Made by a program: the position numbers and the translations under genes
Origin: Eledone cirrhosa
Taxonomy: Eukaryota
Assembly (NCBI GenBank): GCA_964016885.1
Contig: OZ024747.1
Location: 34,348,001 to 34,412,000, forward strand
DNA: 64,000 bases
Reading direction: 5' to 3'
Shown here: positions 25,760-38,855 of the stretch, in pieces
Layout of the letters: every line of letters begins with the position of its first letter
Numbering within the stretch: the stretch's first letter is position 1
Notes under the pieces: model-generated
Told to the model about the DNA's origin: nothing
The model's database searches: none
The model's input: the letters and a program-made list of their open reading frames with translations, nothing else

Positions 25760-27743
25760 ATACTTTGGGAGGGTCATGTGCCAATAAGAAACACACGCAC
25801 CAATAGCTTTCACTTCAATTTATTATATATTTATACATTTACAAATCTACAAACTTCTAAATTTCTGGTTGGTTGGTTGGTTCCACAACCAGATAGTTGT
25901 TTATATATAGTCATAGTCCTTTCGTCACACACTCTGTGACCACTTCAGTGACTGGGTATTCCTTTCTTTGTTTCTGTGCCTTTCCTTTCTTCTATCCTAC
26001 GCCATTTTGTTTCTGTGTGTGTGTTGTGTGCTCAGTGTGCGCATGCGCCACATCCGGGTGTCTGTGTGTGTTTGTGTTCATTTATCTATTTGTTTATTTA
26101 TTTATTTATTTATTTATTGTTGGTTGGTTGTTTGTTCTATGTGTGTGTGTGTTTTCATTTTGTCCTGTGTGTGTTTTCATTTTGTCCTTAATTGTAAGTT
26201 GTGATGTTGCTGTTTCACTCATATTTTCTATTTAATTTTGGTTGTAATTCTTTTATGCTTACTGCCTCTGTAATTTGCCTAAACATTGCATCTTTTCTGT
26301 GTGTGGATTCTATTTTTTTTTCTATGTTCTCTAATCTACCCCTGTGTTCTATCTTAGCATGTTGGTAGAGCACAGATGATTCTTTATTATCTTGAAGGTC
26401 TCGCCAGTGCTCATTTATTCGTTCCCCTATACTACGAGCTGTCTCACCTATGTACACTATATTTTTGTTTCTACATTGTCCTTCAGTACATCTTATGCCA
26501 TACACTACATTTCTAGTTTTACAGTTAATATGGGGCTCATTTTACAGGTTATACATTTCTTATCTATACATGAGGGTCTTTGGAACGGGTATGTCTTGCT
26601 AATAAGTGTTTTTACGGAGGTACCTGGTCTTTCTACTATCTTAATATTGAGTTTATGTTTATTTAGGGCCCTTCTAAATTTGTAGGCTAGTTCGCCTCTA
26701 GGGGTTGTATTGATGAACATTACACTCTGGTATTTATTGCTATCATACCATGAGTTTATTCTATTGGCCTTGTTCCTAGTTCTTCCTATTCTATTCCAAA
26801 ATTTGCTCCTATACAAGGGGCAGGTCCCATTTATGTCATTATTTACCATTTTTTCCCATTTGGTTCTGGCTCCTCTATACACTCTGATTCTATCTCTCTG
26901 ATTGTAGCCAGAAAACTGCATACGGTGGATGAAGTGTTGTATGTGTCTCTCTAGTTCTTCGAGGTTGCACATGCGGGACACATTTCTCATCACCCGTACC
27001 AAATCCGCAATCAATATGTTGATTTTGGTATGGTCCGAAATGGCCGAGTTTCGGTGGATCAGATGTTTGGAAGTCATGGGTTTGGCATAATGGGAATGGA
27101 GGATTGGTTTTTGGTTGTTAATGGTATCTAACCAGAGCTCTGTGTCTAGTACAGGTAATCGAGGGTTGGGGTGTCTACTTGGGTAGTCTATAGAAACTCT
27201 AATGCTCTGGTGGATGGAGTTTGCTATTTGCTGGATGCTTTCCGTTGTGTTTTTCTCTAATTCCTGACTGTTCTTTAGTGGGAGTGTCTTAACTACGATG
27301 TTTATATCATCTACGTAGCGGGAGTACATTATCAGGGTTAGGCTGTCTTCTATTTGTTCTTTAAGTTTTTGTTTAGTCTACTGTCCCACCATACCATGAA
27401 TAAGTTAGCTATGTCGCCTGCAATGCTAACACCAATTGCTGCTCCTTCCTCTTGGGCATATGTTTTACCATTAAATTTGAACATATGTTCCTTAAGGGTT
27501 AATTTTATGCTGGCCCCTACCGCATGTGCAATCATTTTCTTCAGTTCATCGTGGTTTTCGGGTGTCCGTATGGCTCTGGTCCACCCGTTCCATCTATCTG
27601 TGTGGGTTTTCTTGGCCATTGAGGTAATGGTAGGTGGTCTGCCTCTTGCTGGTCTTGTAGGACACAGGTTGCTAAGGTCATAAGTGTCTAGGTAACTATT
27701 ACTATGAGTAAGCTTAAGTAGAAGTCCCAGCTCACTGGTATCA
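25752..27743 (-). mobile_element. Naiad-like PLE, left (inverted) arm, frameshifted
   Basis: Reverse complement of 27879-29855; YSRYVDD, HYAKPMTS, IVYIGETARS; hammerhead at 25909-25953 has CTGAAGT in place of CTGAAGA. Confidence 0.92.
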
Positions 27744-27795
27744 CTGTCTAAGCCACTTTAGTTTCCTGTTAAAGTGCTTATCACATTCTTGAGTA

Positions 27796-29855
27796 ATGTA
27801 CTGTTCTATTGACGTGGATTTTGCTGTGGAGAAATGCGTAGAAATGATCAGCGGGGGCAAGGTTGAGTTCCGTGGGATTGATACCAGTGAGCTGGGACTT
27901 CTACTTAAGCTTACTCATAGTAATAGTTACCTAGACACTTATGACCTTAGCAACCTGTGTCCTACAAGACCAGCAAGAGGCAGACCACCTACCATTACCT
28001 CAATGGCCAAGAAAACCCACACAGATAGATGGAACGGGTGGACCAGAGCCATACGGACACACGAAAACCACGATGAACTGAAGAAAATGATTGCACATGC
28101 GGTAGGGGCCAGCATAAAATTAACCCTTAAGGAACATATGTTCAAATTTAATGGTAAAACATATGCCCAAGAGGAAGGAGCAGCAATTGGTGTTAGCATT
28201 GCAGGCGACATAGCTAACTTATTCATGGTATGGTGGGACAGTAGACTTAAACAAAAACTTAAAGAACAATTAGAAGACAGCTTAACCCTGATAATGTACT
28301 CCCGCTACGTAGATGATATAAACATCGTAGTTAAGACACCCCCACTAAAGAACAGTCAGGAATTAGAGAAAAACACAATGGAAAGCATCCAGCAAATAGC
28401 AAACTCCATCCACCAGAGCATTAGAGTTTCTATAGACTACCCAAGTAGACACCCCAACCCTCGATTACCTGTACTAGACACAGAGCTCTGGTTAGATACC
28501 ATTAACAACCAATAACAAATCCTCCATTCCCATTATGCCAAACCCATGACTTCCAAACATCTGATCCACCGAAACTCGGCCATTTCGGACCATACCAAAA
28601 TCAACATACTGATTGCGGATTTGGTACGGGTGATGAGAAATGTGTCCCGCATGTGCAATCCCGAAGAACTAGAGAGACACATACAACACTTCATCCACCG
28701 TATGCAGTTCTCTGGCTACAATCAGAGAGATAGAATCAGAGTGTATAGAGGAGCCAGAACCAAATGGGAAAAAATGGTAAATAATGACATAAATGGGACC
28801 TGCCCCTTGTATAGGAGCAAATTTTGGAATAGAATAGAAAGAACTAGGAACAAGGCCAATAGAATAAACTCATGGTATGATAGCAATAAATACCAGAGTG
28901 TAATGTTCATCAATACAACACCTAGAGGCGAACTAGCCTACACATTTAGAAGGGCCTTAAATAAACATAAACTCAATATTAAGATAGTAGAAAGACCAGG
29001 TACCTCCGTAAAAACACTTATTAGCAAGACATACCCGTTCCAAAGACCCTCATGTATAGATAAGAAATGTATAACCTGTAAAATAAGCCCCCATATTAAC
29101 TGTAAAACTAGAAATGTAGTGTATAGCTTAAGATGTACTGAAGGACAATGTAGAAACAAAAATATAGTGTACATAGGTGAGACAGCTCGTAGTATAGGGG
29201 AACGAATAAATGAACACTGGCGAGACCTTCAAGATAATAAAGAATCATCTGTGCTCTACCAACATGCTAAGATAGAACACAGGGGTAGATTAGAGAACAT
29301 AGAAATAAAAATAGAATCCACACACAGAAAAGATGCAATGTTTAGGCAAATTACAGAGGCAGTAAGCATAAAAGAATTACAACCAAAATTAAATAGAAAA
29401 TATGAGTGGAACAGCAACATCACAACTTACAATTAAGGACAAAATGAAAACACACACACACATAGAACAAACAACCAACCAACAATAAATAAATAAATAA
29501 ATAAACAAATAGATAAATGAACACAAACACACACAGACACCCGGATGTGGCGCATGCGCAAACTGAGCACACAACACACACACAGAAACAAAATGGCGTA
29601 GGATAGAAGAAAGGAAAGGCATTGAAACAAAGAAAGGAATCCCCAGTCACTGAAGAGGTCACATAGTGTGTGACGAAAGGACTATGACTATATATAAACA
29701 ACTATCTGGTTGTGGAACCAACCAACCAACCAGAAATTTAGAAGTTTGTAGATTTGTAAATTTATAAATTTATAAATATATAATAAATTGAAGTGAAAAC
29801 AACTGGTGCGTGTGTTTCTTATTGGCAACATGACCCTCCCAAAGTATAACAATAT
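27796..29855 (+). mobile_element. Naiad-like PLE, right arm: RT + GIY-YIG (one in-frame TAA at 28513) + pLTR
   Basis: MYCSID, QEEGAAIG, YSRYVDD, HYAKPM, C-x4-C-x2-C linker, VVYSLRC...YIGETARSIGERINEH...EAVSI...PKLNRKYEW. Confidence 0.93.
29645..29689 (+). ncRNA. Type-I minimal hammerhead in the PLE pLTR
   Basis: agtca-CTGAAGA-ggtcacatagtgtgtgac-GAAA-ggac-TA-tgact. Confidence 0.85.
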
Positions 29856-29910
29856 CGGTTTCAACACACGATTTCAGATAAAGAATCTTGCTAAACAAAT
29901 TCAGAAACGA

Positions 29911-29950
<40 letters not shown>

Positions 29951-29977
29951 TGCTACTGTACGTCTGTATACATATAT

Positions 29978-30379
29978 GTATGTACGTATACATACATACT
30001 TACATTTAAGTAAGTGCCGTACTAAGAGTGAGAAATGAAATTTCGTTTTCATTTTATTACAACTTATCTTTTTCGGTGCGCCTGGCCGACTGAACTCACT
30101 CGATATTCAAATTAGGCTGCTCGGCCGTTAACTTTCATAAGGAAAGTATATACTTTCGAACGTTCAACCATCTGGCAGAAGGGTATACGGTGCTGATGAT
30201 AGCTAAGAAGCTTGAAACTAGTATATCGTTCCTGTGTCTGTGTTGAACAAAAAGATGACGTGGTTGCCTTAACACCGTACGGCATAAATTCAGGCTATCA
30301 GTTTGTTTACAAACGGACAAAGCGGGCGTTATAATAAACGTCCGGTAAACTGATACGTACATATATGTATGTGTACCTG

Positions 30380-30385
<6 letters not shown>
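29978..30385 (+). repeat. ~410-bp hammerhead-containing direct repeat, copy 2
   Basis: Near-identical to 25301-25708; hammerhead at 30187-30229. Confidence 0.85.
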
Positions 30386-30449
<64 letters not shown>

Positions 30450-30461
30450 TATATATATACA

Positions 30462-30506
<45 letters not shown>

Positions 30507-30509
30507 ACA

Positions 30510-30537
<28 letters not shown>

Positions 30538-30541
<4 letters not shown>

Positions 30542-32632
30542 GTGAAAGCTGTCCACGCTTTGAACCTTGGGTGACACCTAAAGGTCAAACTCTAGGTCTT
30601 TTGCTGTGAACAGGTTCATGCGTGGGCTATCCCCTCAAATTGGGAGACAGGAAGCAACAGGTATATAAAGCCTATATTTTTCCACCTTACATATAGAGAG
30701 ATCGGAGCACCACGATACAGACCAGCTATGTGAAACATTCACCCCTACCTTCAGGTCCCAGAGGCCTACAGACATACAAAGCGATCGGACCACTACGCTA
30801 TTACAAGATATGTGAAAGATTCACCGCTATCTACAGGCCTCAGTGGTCTTTCAATCAACTACAGACCATTATTCTCTCTCACTCACTATGTTCTCAGACT
30901 ACAACAGCCTCATGAACCAACAACACAAGTAACATTGTCAATCTTCGCAACTCGTAGTAATATATTTATTTTTTCTTTTTGACTGAAGTGAAGTAAACCT
31001 TTATATATATAGTAAATAATTTATTCTTGTTATTTCATCTAACAACCGTGTTAACCCATCTAACAATATCACACTAATAACCCTTCGTTAAATTGATGAA
31101 CCTAACGTGATTTAAAAGGAAAAAAAACGAAGTGGTATTTAAAAAAAAAAGAAAACAACACGCAACCTTTTTTCTACGATATCATAAAACTTCATTTTTT
31201 CAAATTATTCACCACAAACTTCCATTGTACGGATTATTTACAGTAACTTTGCTTCGATTTTTCGATTCATTACCAAACACTACACCACTTGCTTCGTAAT
31301 CTCAACAACAACAGACAATACTACTAGTTTCCTAGCAAGGAAACGATCATGTAAAGAAGAGAAAACTGAACTTTTTGTAAAGAACAATTATATAAATATT
31401 TATTTTTAATTTTTTTTTACAAGTCATATATGAACGCTCATTTTATTTTTTTTATTTGTTTCACTATATCAACATACACGTTTTGCCTGTATCAATATAC
31501 ACGTTTTGCCTGTATCAACATACACGTTTTGCATCAAATACACATCATTTTCTTTGTCACCAACATGTTTTTGTCTATGGTATAGTCTGGATTCGGTTGG
31601 GTCTCAGCGAGATCACTTTTCAACTGGTCGAGATACGGCAATAGCTATTAAACACATGAGAAACTCACCCACGGGTACTACTCGCTTGGACTCACTCAAG
31701 CACGCAACTAAAAATTGCACACACTCATGTCATAGCGTAAACATCGACTCACTGGAAGAGAATCTTAGGTATGATGATACATCGAGAGAAATAGTCCTCT
31801 GTGTTATCATATCGTAATCCGATACCATAACACCAACGTCCATCCATCCATACACAACAGTTCGAAATACATGATCACAACTTTGTATATTTACATCTTT
31901 CTTCTAAATGTTACACACACACACATGCATACCCAGCTATATTATATTTTTTTTCTCTGCAAATTTCTCTACACTCGAAATGCGGGCGGAGTACCCACAT
32001 TTTGTGTGTTTTGGGATACGCTTCTAGAATCAGATTTCGCTACCCCTTTTACAATCGATCGATGCAGGAGCAGCCATCTGGGTAGGAAGCTAATGTAGCG
32101 AAACTGTCCACGCCTAGGTCAAACTCTAGGTCACCATCCCTTTGGTGTGAACAGGTTCATGCGTGAGCTATCCCCTCAAGGTGGGAGACAGAAAGGGACA
32201 GGTATATAAAGCCTATATTTTCCCACCTTACATATAGAGAGATCCGAGCACCACGATACAGACCAGCCTCGTGAAATATTCACCGCTACCCTCAGGCCCC
32301 AGAGGCCTTCAGAAATACAGAGAGATCGGAGCAGTACGCTATTACAAGCTATGTAAAAGATTCACCGCTATCTACGGGCCACAGTGTTCTACAGTCAACT
32401 ACAGACCATTATTGTCTCTCACTCACTATGGTCTCAGACTACAACAGCCTCATGAACCAACAACAAAAATAACATTGTCAACCTTGGCAACTCGTGGTAA
32501 TATGTTTATTTTTTTATTTTTGACTGAAGTGATGTAAACCTTTATATATAAAGTAAATAATTTATTCTTGTTATTTCATCTAATAACCGTGTTAACCCAT
32601 CTAACAATATCAAAACTAATAACCCTTCTTAA
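30538..32632 (+). mobile_element. Internally deleted LTR retrotransposon (Gypsy-like, TRIM-sized): LTRs 30538-31092 and 32094-32632
   Basis: ~540-bp direct repeats; LTR2 starts TGTAGCG after purine-rich CTGGGTAGGAAG; TGATGAACCTAACGTGAT after LTR1 matches the tRNA-Trp PBS TGGTGACCCCGACGTGAT at 14/18; TATATAAAG box in both LTRs. Confidence 0.8.
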
Positions 32633-32649
32633 TATATATATAATCTAAT

Positions 32650-33220
32650 TTTTGTTGATTTCAATTACCTCTGTAATTTATTTACCTTATTCTTAACTGT
32701 GAATCCAATCATTCGGTTTCCTAAATTGAATTTTAGTCTACGACTAAAAAAATAGAATTTTAGTCTGCCACGTTTATACCATAAACGCGGTTTTCTCTTT
32801 GCGTTTAATTGTTCTCACCGCTCCCCATAATGACGTATTATCTTCGTATTGTCCGTTCATTATCAGAGAACGTCTCCACGAACCACCTAATAGAATATTA
32901 GTCAACGACTTCATTTATTCCATAAACGTGGTTTTGTCTTTGCGCATAATTGTTTTCACCGCTCCAAATAATGACCTATTATCTTCGTTTTTTTCCGTTC
33001 TTTGCCAGGCAACGTTCCCACGAACCAAAGTATCGTCTTCCTGTCTTCCTTCAGTTGCAACGTTTTTCGAAATATTTACATCTGCGTTCACAGATTGATT
33101 ATGTAGCTTCAGAAGATCCCGTTAAGGGTGAAAGCAGCGCTCCTTTGCTTAAACTTTAATCTGTTATTATTAATAAACATTTGCTCAACGGTTCGTATAT
33201 ATTTGATATATATTTATCCT
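32650..33220 (+). mobile_element. Solo pLTR of the 7930-9494 PLE family
   Basis: Colinear with 8990-9494, including the internal ~140-bp repeat and the CAGAAGA hammerhead variant. Confidence 0.85.
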
Positions 33221-33248
33221 TATCGTACTTAGGGTAGTAGAGTGGGTA

Positions 33249-33371
33249 ATAGGAACGAGTAGGATCCCGACGGCTGAGATCAAGCCGTTTCGACGGTTAA
33301 TTCGGGACAAAATTTAGTCAAGAATTAGCCGTCGAAACGGCTTGAGCTCAGCCGTCGGGGTCCTACTCGTT

Positions 33372-33376
<5 letters not shown>
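33249..33376. repeat. Fold-back with 55-bp arms containing half-hammerheads
   Basis: 33249-33303 is the reverse complement of 33322-33376 (few mismatches). Confidence 0.9.
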
Positions 33377-33406
<30 letters not shown>

Positions 33407-33440
33407 AAATGTGTGTAATCCTTGGTACAGTTAGGTATAT

Positions 33441-33852
33441 TAAGACTGGGGGGAAGAAAAAATGGCTTCACTTGTGCTTTCAACAAATTTATTTTCTTCA
33501 CAAAATCCCAAAATATTCTTTTTCCGGATTAGAAAAAAAATTTTTCTTAGAAAAAATTATTTTATAAATTAAGTTGTATGCATGTATGTGTGAACGGAGG
33601 TATATATACGGACATATGTATATGTGTGTGTGTGTGTGTGTACACGTGTATGTGTGTGTGTGTGTGTGTGTATGTGTGCGTGTATGTGTATATATGTATA
33701 TTTAGTTATGTATCTTTATGTGTGTATGTATGTATGTGCATGTATGTATGTGTATGTACATGTATATATATATGTATATATATATATGTGTGTGTGTATG
33801 TGTGTGTATGTATGTGTATGTGTGTGCATATGTATATGTATGTGTATATATT

Positions 33853-33904
<52 letters not shown>

Positions 33905-34680
33905 CATGTGGAGGTATGAGTACATATTCGTGTGTGTACGTATGTGTATATGTGTTTTTATATGTGTCTCTATATGTTTTTGTGTATGTATGTGGATGTA
34001 TTTGTACATGGGTGTGTGATTGATGGTGTGTGCCTATATATTCCTACATATGCCCGTGTGTATGTATGTATATACTCACATATGTGTGTGTTGAACAAAG
34101 GACTAATTTTGGGATGGACGTAGAAAAATTCTTCAGAAAAAAATAAAAAAATAATTATTTACAAACTTAGCAGGTGCGATTTGCCTGTGACCATTCTCAA
34201 CACAAAAGGAATACTAAAAGTTTTTTTCCTCTGAATAAAGGAATTTTTCGAGAATGACCGGGGCAGGCCGCACTTGCTACATTTCTCCCCACCCAACCCT
34301 ACTCACCGTCTCAACTCATTACTGCTATTAACACTTTTTCAACACACCTACACCCATACACTTATTAAAGGGGGAGAAAAGAAAGCCCCACCACACCACA
34401 GACATGTTAAATCCCTATATATAGAACAACACACCACATACACATCAGTTTGACAAGCGCACCTCAGCGTGAAAGGTCGTTCTAAAAACGAAACCATACC
34501 TCCTACGTTAACCAAGAACTCCTAAGACCTAACCAACAACCAACAACTTAATTCATAAAATAATTCTTTCTAAGAAAAATTTTTTTTCTAATCCGGAAAA
34601 AAATTATTTTTGGATTTTGTGAAGAAAATAAATTTGTTGAAAGCACAAGTGAAGCCATTTTTTCTTACCCCTTGTCTTTA
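33441..34680. mobile_element. Element with ~140-bp terminal inverted repeats between (TA)n tracts (probable PLE remnant)
   Basis: 33441-33577 is the reverse complement of 34543-34680; interior is (TG/TA)n-rich with an imperfect hairpin at 34169-34278. Confidence 0.65.
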
Positions 34681-34699
34681 TATATATATATATATATAT

Positions 34700-36317
34700 A
34701 AAATAGATAAACTGAAGAATAACATGGTCAACAGTACAAACAAGGCAATTTATTTACAGTCTAACAATTGTTTCCATGATAGAGATGTCTAGAAATTGCT
34801 AAACACTGAAGGTAGTGGCACTCAATTTAAATACATGCAACCCGCATCATTTCGTCAGAGACTAATAGAAAATACAAAATATATGCGTAACGGTAAATTT
34901 ATAAATTCAAATAACCACATCAATAATGATATTAATAATAAAGATATAGAGAGAAATAAAGGAAGGGGGGGGGGCAGATGGAAAGGAGAGGTGGGGGAAG
35001 AAAGATGTAAGAGAAAACGAAAATACAGTTATATGCACAACCGCCAAAATTACGAAATCAAACTATCACATGAAAATAAAAATAATATTGATAATAAAGA
35101 TACATATAGAAAGAAGGGGGGGATAGATGTAGTAAAGGTAGAGAAGAAAAAGAAGGATGAAAAAGGAAAAAGTGAAAGAGATAGAGAAAGATGAAGAAGG
35201 AAACAGAAAAACAGGTAGAGACATCATGTGGAAGACACAAGAATTAAGGCGTGCGACCGGATGGGTAATTGTTGATGAATGAGATAATAAGGGAGATAAG
35301 CAGACAGACGAATATACGTTAATACAAGAATGAAAGCAAGTAAAAATAGAGATTTAAGCATAGAAACACATATATAAATAAATAAACAAATAAGTAAATA
35401 AATAAATAAAATGATAGATAAATAAATAAAAAGATAGATGAATAAATAAACAATTTACATCTATTGTTATATAAAATGGTATATTATCTGAAACGTAGAA
35501 ATGAGAATAAATAAATAAATATATAAATGAATAAATGCGTTGAAGAGAGTAATAAGAGTAATATTAATGTTGTTAATGTTATCGTGAATAGTTATTGATG
35601 ATTATTAAATGTGGATAGATGTTAAGTTGAAAATATCATAATATTGGATATATTTATGTGTGTATTGGATATTTTTGTAAGTAAATTCACTAGTTTAATA
35701 TGCATTATATGATAGGATAAAATGAGCGAGATGAAATAGGTTTAAGTAGAGAAAAGCAAAGACAAATGGTGAAAGATCGAGGTGTATAAAATAAGAATGT
35801 CAATACAAGATGTTCCGATGTTGTTCTTTGGTAATTATAATGGTGACGATGCTGCTGATAATGTGATATCGTAGTAGATTCTAATGGTATAAAAGGGATA
35901 CGGAATAGAAAATGGAATTAAGTTGGTCTAAAGTTCACGAATTTTGTTGCTGATTTGTGCCGGCAGAAAATAGTTCGTTCAATTCTACTGTTAAGAAGGG
36001 TTTTGCTGAAATTAAGAATTTGGAAAAGCTCCATATTACAGAGCCTGCAATGGGACATATCAATTTGATAGGCCTTTCCTTCCGACAATATTGTCCAACT
36101 GATCGCTGATTTATAAATATACCGTTACGCATCTATTTTGTATTTTCTATTAGACTCTGACGAAATGATGTGGGTTGCATGTTTTTTAAATTGAGTGCCA
36201 CTACCTTCGGTGTTTAGAAATTTCTAGACATCTCTATCATTGAAACAATTGTTAGACTGTAAATAAATGTCCTTGTTTGTACTGTTGTCCATTTTATTCT
36301 TCACTTTTTCAATTTTA
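34700..36317 (-). mobile_element. 5'-truncated PLE with inverted pLTRs, each with a long-stem-II hammerhead (34758-34863 on -, 36152-36258 on +)
   Basis: 34700-34906 is the reverse complement of 36110-36317; - strand 35920-36108 translates ISWTILSEGKAY...CRLCNMELFQIL...LLNSRIERTIFCRH (GIY-YIG C-terminus, not in the ORF track). Confidence 0.88.
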
Positions 36318-36476
36318 TCACTCCAAGAAATACTTACATGGGAATACAAGTGAAATCATTAACTCGCCATCCACGTAAACCTCTTGTTGAGTTACACCAC
36401 GCCGTACGCTTAAACTATCCATGATAAGTAGTTTTCACAACCTCTTATCGGATTACGTTTAACGATATATTGTTTT

Positions 36477-36519
<43 letters not shown>

Positions 36520-36524
<5 letters not shown>

Positions 36525-36675
36525 CAATGATATTAAACAAATGTAAACTATATTTTTTATAAAACCATATTTATTTTATTGTATATATTTCAAGGGTAAC
36601 TAAGACAACATTGGTACGCTTTCATCAGATAAAATACAAACTTTGTTTTATAAATAGAGACATACCCATGATGAA

Positions 36676-36706
<31 letters not shown>

Positions 36707-36965
36707 ATAGATAAATAGATAAATAAATGAATAGATGGGTAGATCGTGTTATAGATAATTGTTTTAATGAGTTGTGAGGGATATTGGTTTTGTATTTAAT
36801 GTAAGTAAATATTAAGTTAAATTAAATTAAATTAACTGAGTTAATAACAATATTTATATTTATATATTTTAAATGGGAAGATACGGAAAAACTCCAGTTT
36901 TGAAATATATATAATAAAATAAATATGGTTTTATAAATATAGTTTCCATATATTTAATATCATTA
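36520..36965 (-). mobile_element. pLTR of the 23030-23778 family with inverted terminal piece
   Basis: 36540-36880 is the reverse complement of parts of 23030-23770; 36901-36965 is an inverted copy beginning at the hammerhead GAAA. Confidence 0.75.
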
Positions 36966-37047
36966 AATATTTACTCAGTAATCTGTTGCGTACTCTAAAT
37001 CAGTATTTATGTTTGTCGGACGTCCAACAAATTAAATACCACTTCTA

Positions 37048-37111
<64 letters not shown>

Positions 37112-37154
37112 ACAATGTTGTAGTTTGTTTGAAGTATTGTGGAATAATAAAAGT

Positions 37155-37570
37155 ATCCGTTTTCGAAGCCTCCGCAATGCAGATGTGTAAATCTCTGGGT
37201 AACAGAATCAGGTGGTAAGAGAGAGAGATGTAAGAGGACACGTAGAAAGAGAACGTAAAGGAACGTAGGAAAAGTGTAAACAATAATTATACGAGATAGA
37301 GTTACATTGGAAGCGATTTAATAGTATCTATAACTTACAATGTAACTCTATCTCGTGCTATTATGTATTACTGATAAAATAAAATACCAGTAATACACTG
37401 AGAAAATTGTTGGCCTTGTGACAAAAGCAGAAACTGTTATTATTTTTTACACTTTTCCCACGTTCTTATGCTCTCTACGTCTCTCTCTTACATCTATCTC
37501 TCTCATTACCACTTGATTCTGCTACCCGGAGATTTACCCATCTGCATTGTTGAGGCTTCCAAAACAACTA
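37155..37570. repeat. Nested inverted repeats (~130-bp outer arms, 19-bp inner hairpin) around a SINE tail
   Basis: 37160-37287 versus 37440-37565; ACGAGATAGAGTTACATTG / CAATGTAACTCTATCTCGT. Confidence 0.8.
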
Positions 37571-37590
37571 CATATATATATATATATATT

Positions 37591-38602
37591 TAAATACAAT
37601 ATGTTGAAAAGGTAAAACACCAGAAATAGATATACAGTGCGCTATCAATAAAACAGGGAGAAAACCACCAGTGTATGGAATCTATAACCTATGAAAGGCA
37701 GACTATAGACACGATGATTAAAAATATAAATTAAAGCGTAAATAAATACCTCTATAACTATATAACACACGTACACATCCAAAGATACTAATCCGAAGAT
37801 ATGTTTCATCAGTAATTTGTTGAAAGAAATGGGTTAGCCTCGGTTCATCAGCGTGTGTAAGGCTATACATTTCAGACAACGCTAAGAGAATTTTAAAATT
37901 GACTGTCCTGCTACACGTGGGAGAGAGAAGTTACAGCGTGTTTAAGGGCATGAACCAGTGGCCTCTGAGGCACGAATTGCTTGAAAGGGCAGCCCAAAGC
38001 CACTCAGAGAAGTGCTCAACCAAACAGAGATGGAAAGACTGTTATTAGGAGCGAAATATGACGATAAATTAACGGAAGCATAGGCTCTCGCTATTCCCTG
38101 TAAATAATGTGCTCAAAGGAGAAGAAATCCTGAGCTCTTTAAAATACAATATGTTGAAAAGGTAACACACCAGAAAGAGATATACAGTGCGTTATCAATA
38201 AAACAGGGAAAAAACCACCAGTGTATGGAATTTATAACCTATGAAAGGCAGACTATAGACACGCTAATTAAAAATATAAATTAAAGCGTAAATAAATACC
38301 TCTATAACTATATAACACACGTACAAATCCAAAGATACTAATCCGAAGATATGTTTCACCAGTAATTTGTTGAAAGAAATGGGTTAGCCTCGGTTCATCA
38401 GGGTGTGTAAGGCTATACATTTCAGACAACACTAAGAGAATTTTAAAATTGACTGTCCAGCTACACGTGGGAGAGAGAAGTCACAACGTAATTAAGAGCA
38501 GTGAACCAGTGGCCTCTGAGGGACGAACTGCTAGAAAGCCACTCAGCTACGTGTAGCCGGACAGTCAATTTTAACATTCTTATAGTGTTGTCTGAAAATG
38601 TA
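37591..38602 (-). repeat. 550-bp tandem repeat (1.7 units) with one hammerhead per unit and an inverted terminal piece
   Basis: 37591.. equals 38141..; reverse complement acacacg-CTGATGA-acc...ggt-GAAA-catatc...gatttg-TA-cgtgtgt at 37765-37858 and 38315-38408; 38549-38602 is an inverted copy of ~38416-38469. Confidence 0.85.
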
Positions 38603-38627
38603 AGACAGTTGAACCAGTAGCAAAAAG

Positions 38628-38761
38628 GATAAATAAGGGGGAATCTGGAAATACTATGAGTATAGAATATAACAAATGGACAAAAAGAGAAACAAAATGA
38701 ACATACAATTTATATAAAAGTTAATTTTAAAAAATATAACATAAATATAACAATGTACATG
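38628..38761 (-). mobile_element. Orphan 5' UTR of the Tx1-like element
   Basis: Near-identical to 58938-59072 and abuts (TAA)n at the same junction (ACAATGTACATGATAATAAT). Confidence 0.8.
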
Positions 38762-38770
38762 ATAATAATG

Positions 38771-38855
<85 letters not shown>
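38762..38855. repeat. (TAA)n tract; further junction tracts at 43363-43418, 48127-48167, 52877-52912, 53660-53678, 59073-59125
   Basis: Direct reading. Confidence 0.97.

Noticed and set aside
28513-28515. Programmed read-through or selenocysteine in the Naiad-like ORF
   Set aside because: The stop is TAA and the inverted sister copy has AAA (Lys) there, so it is a point mutation
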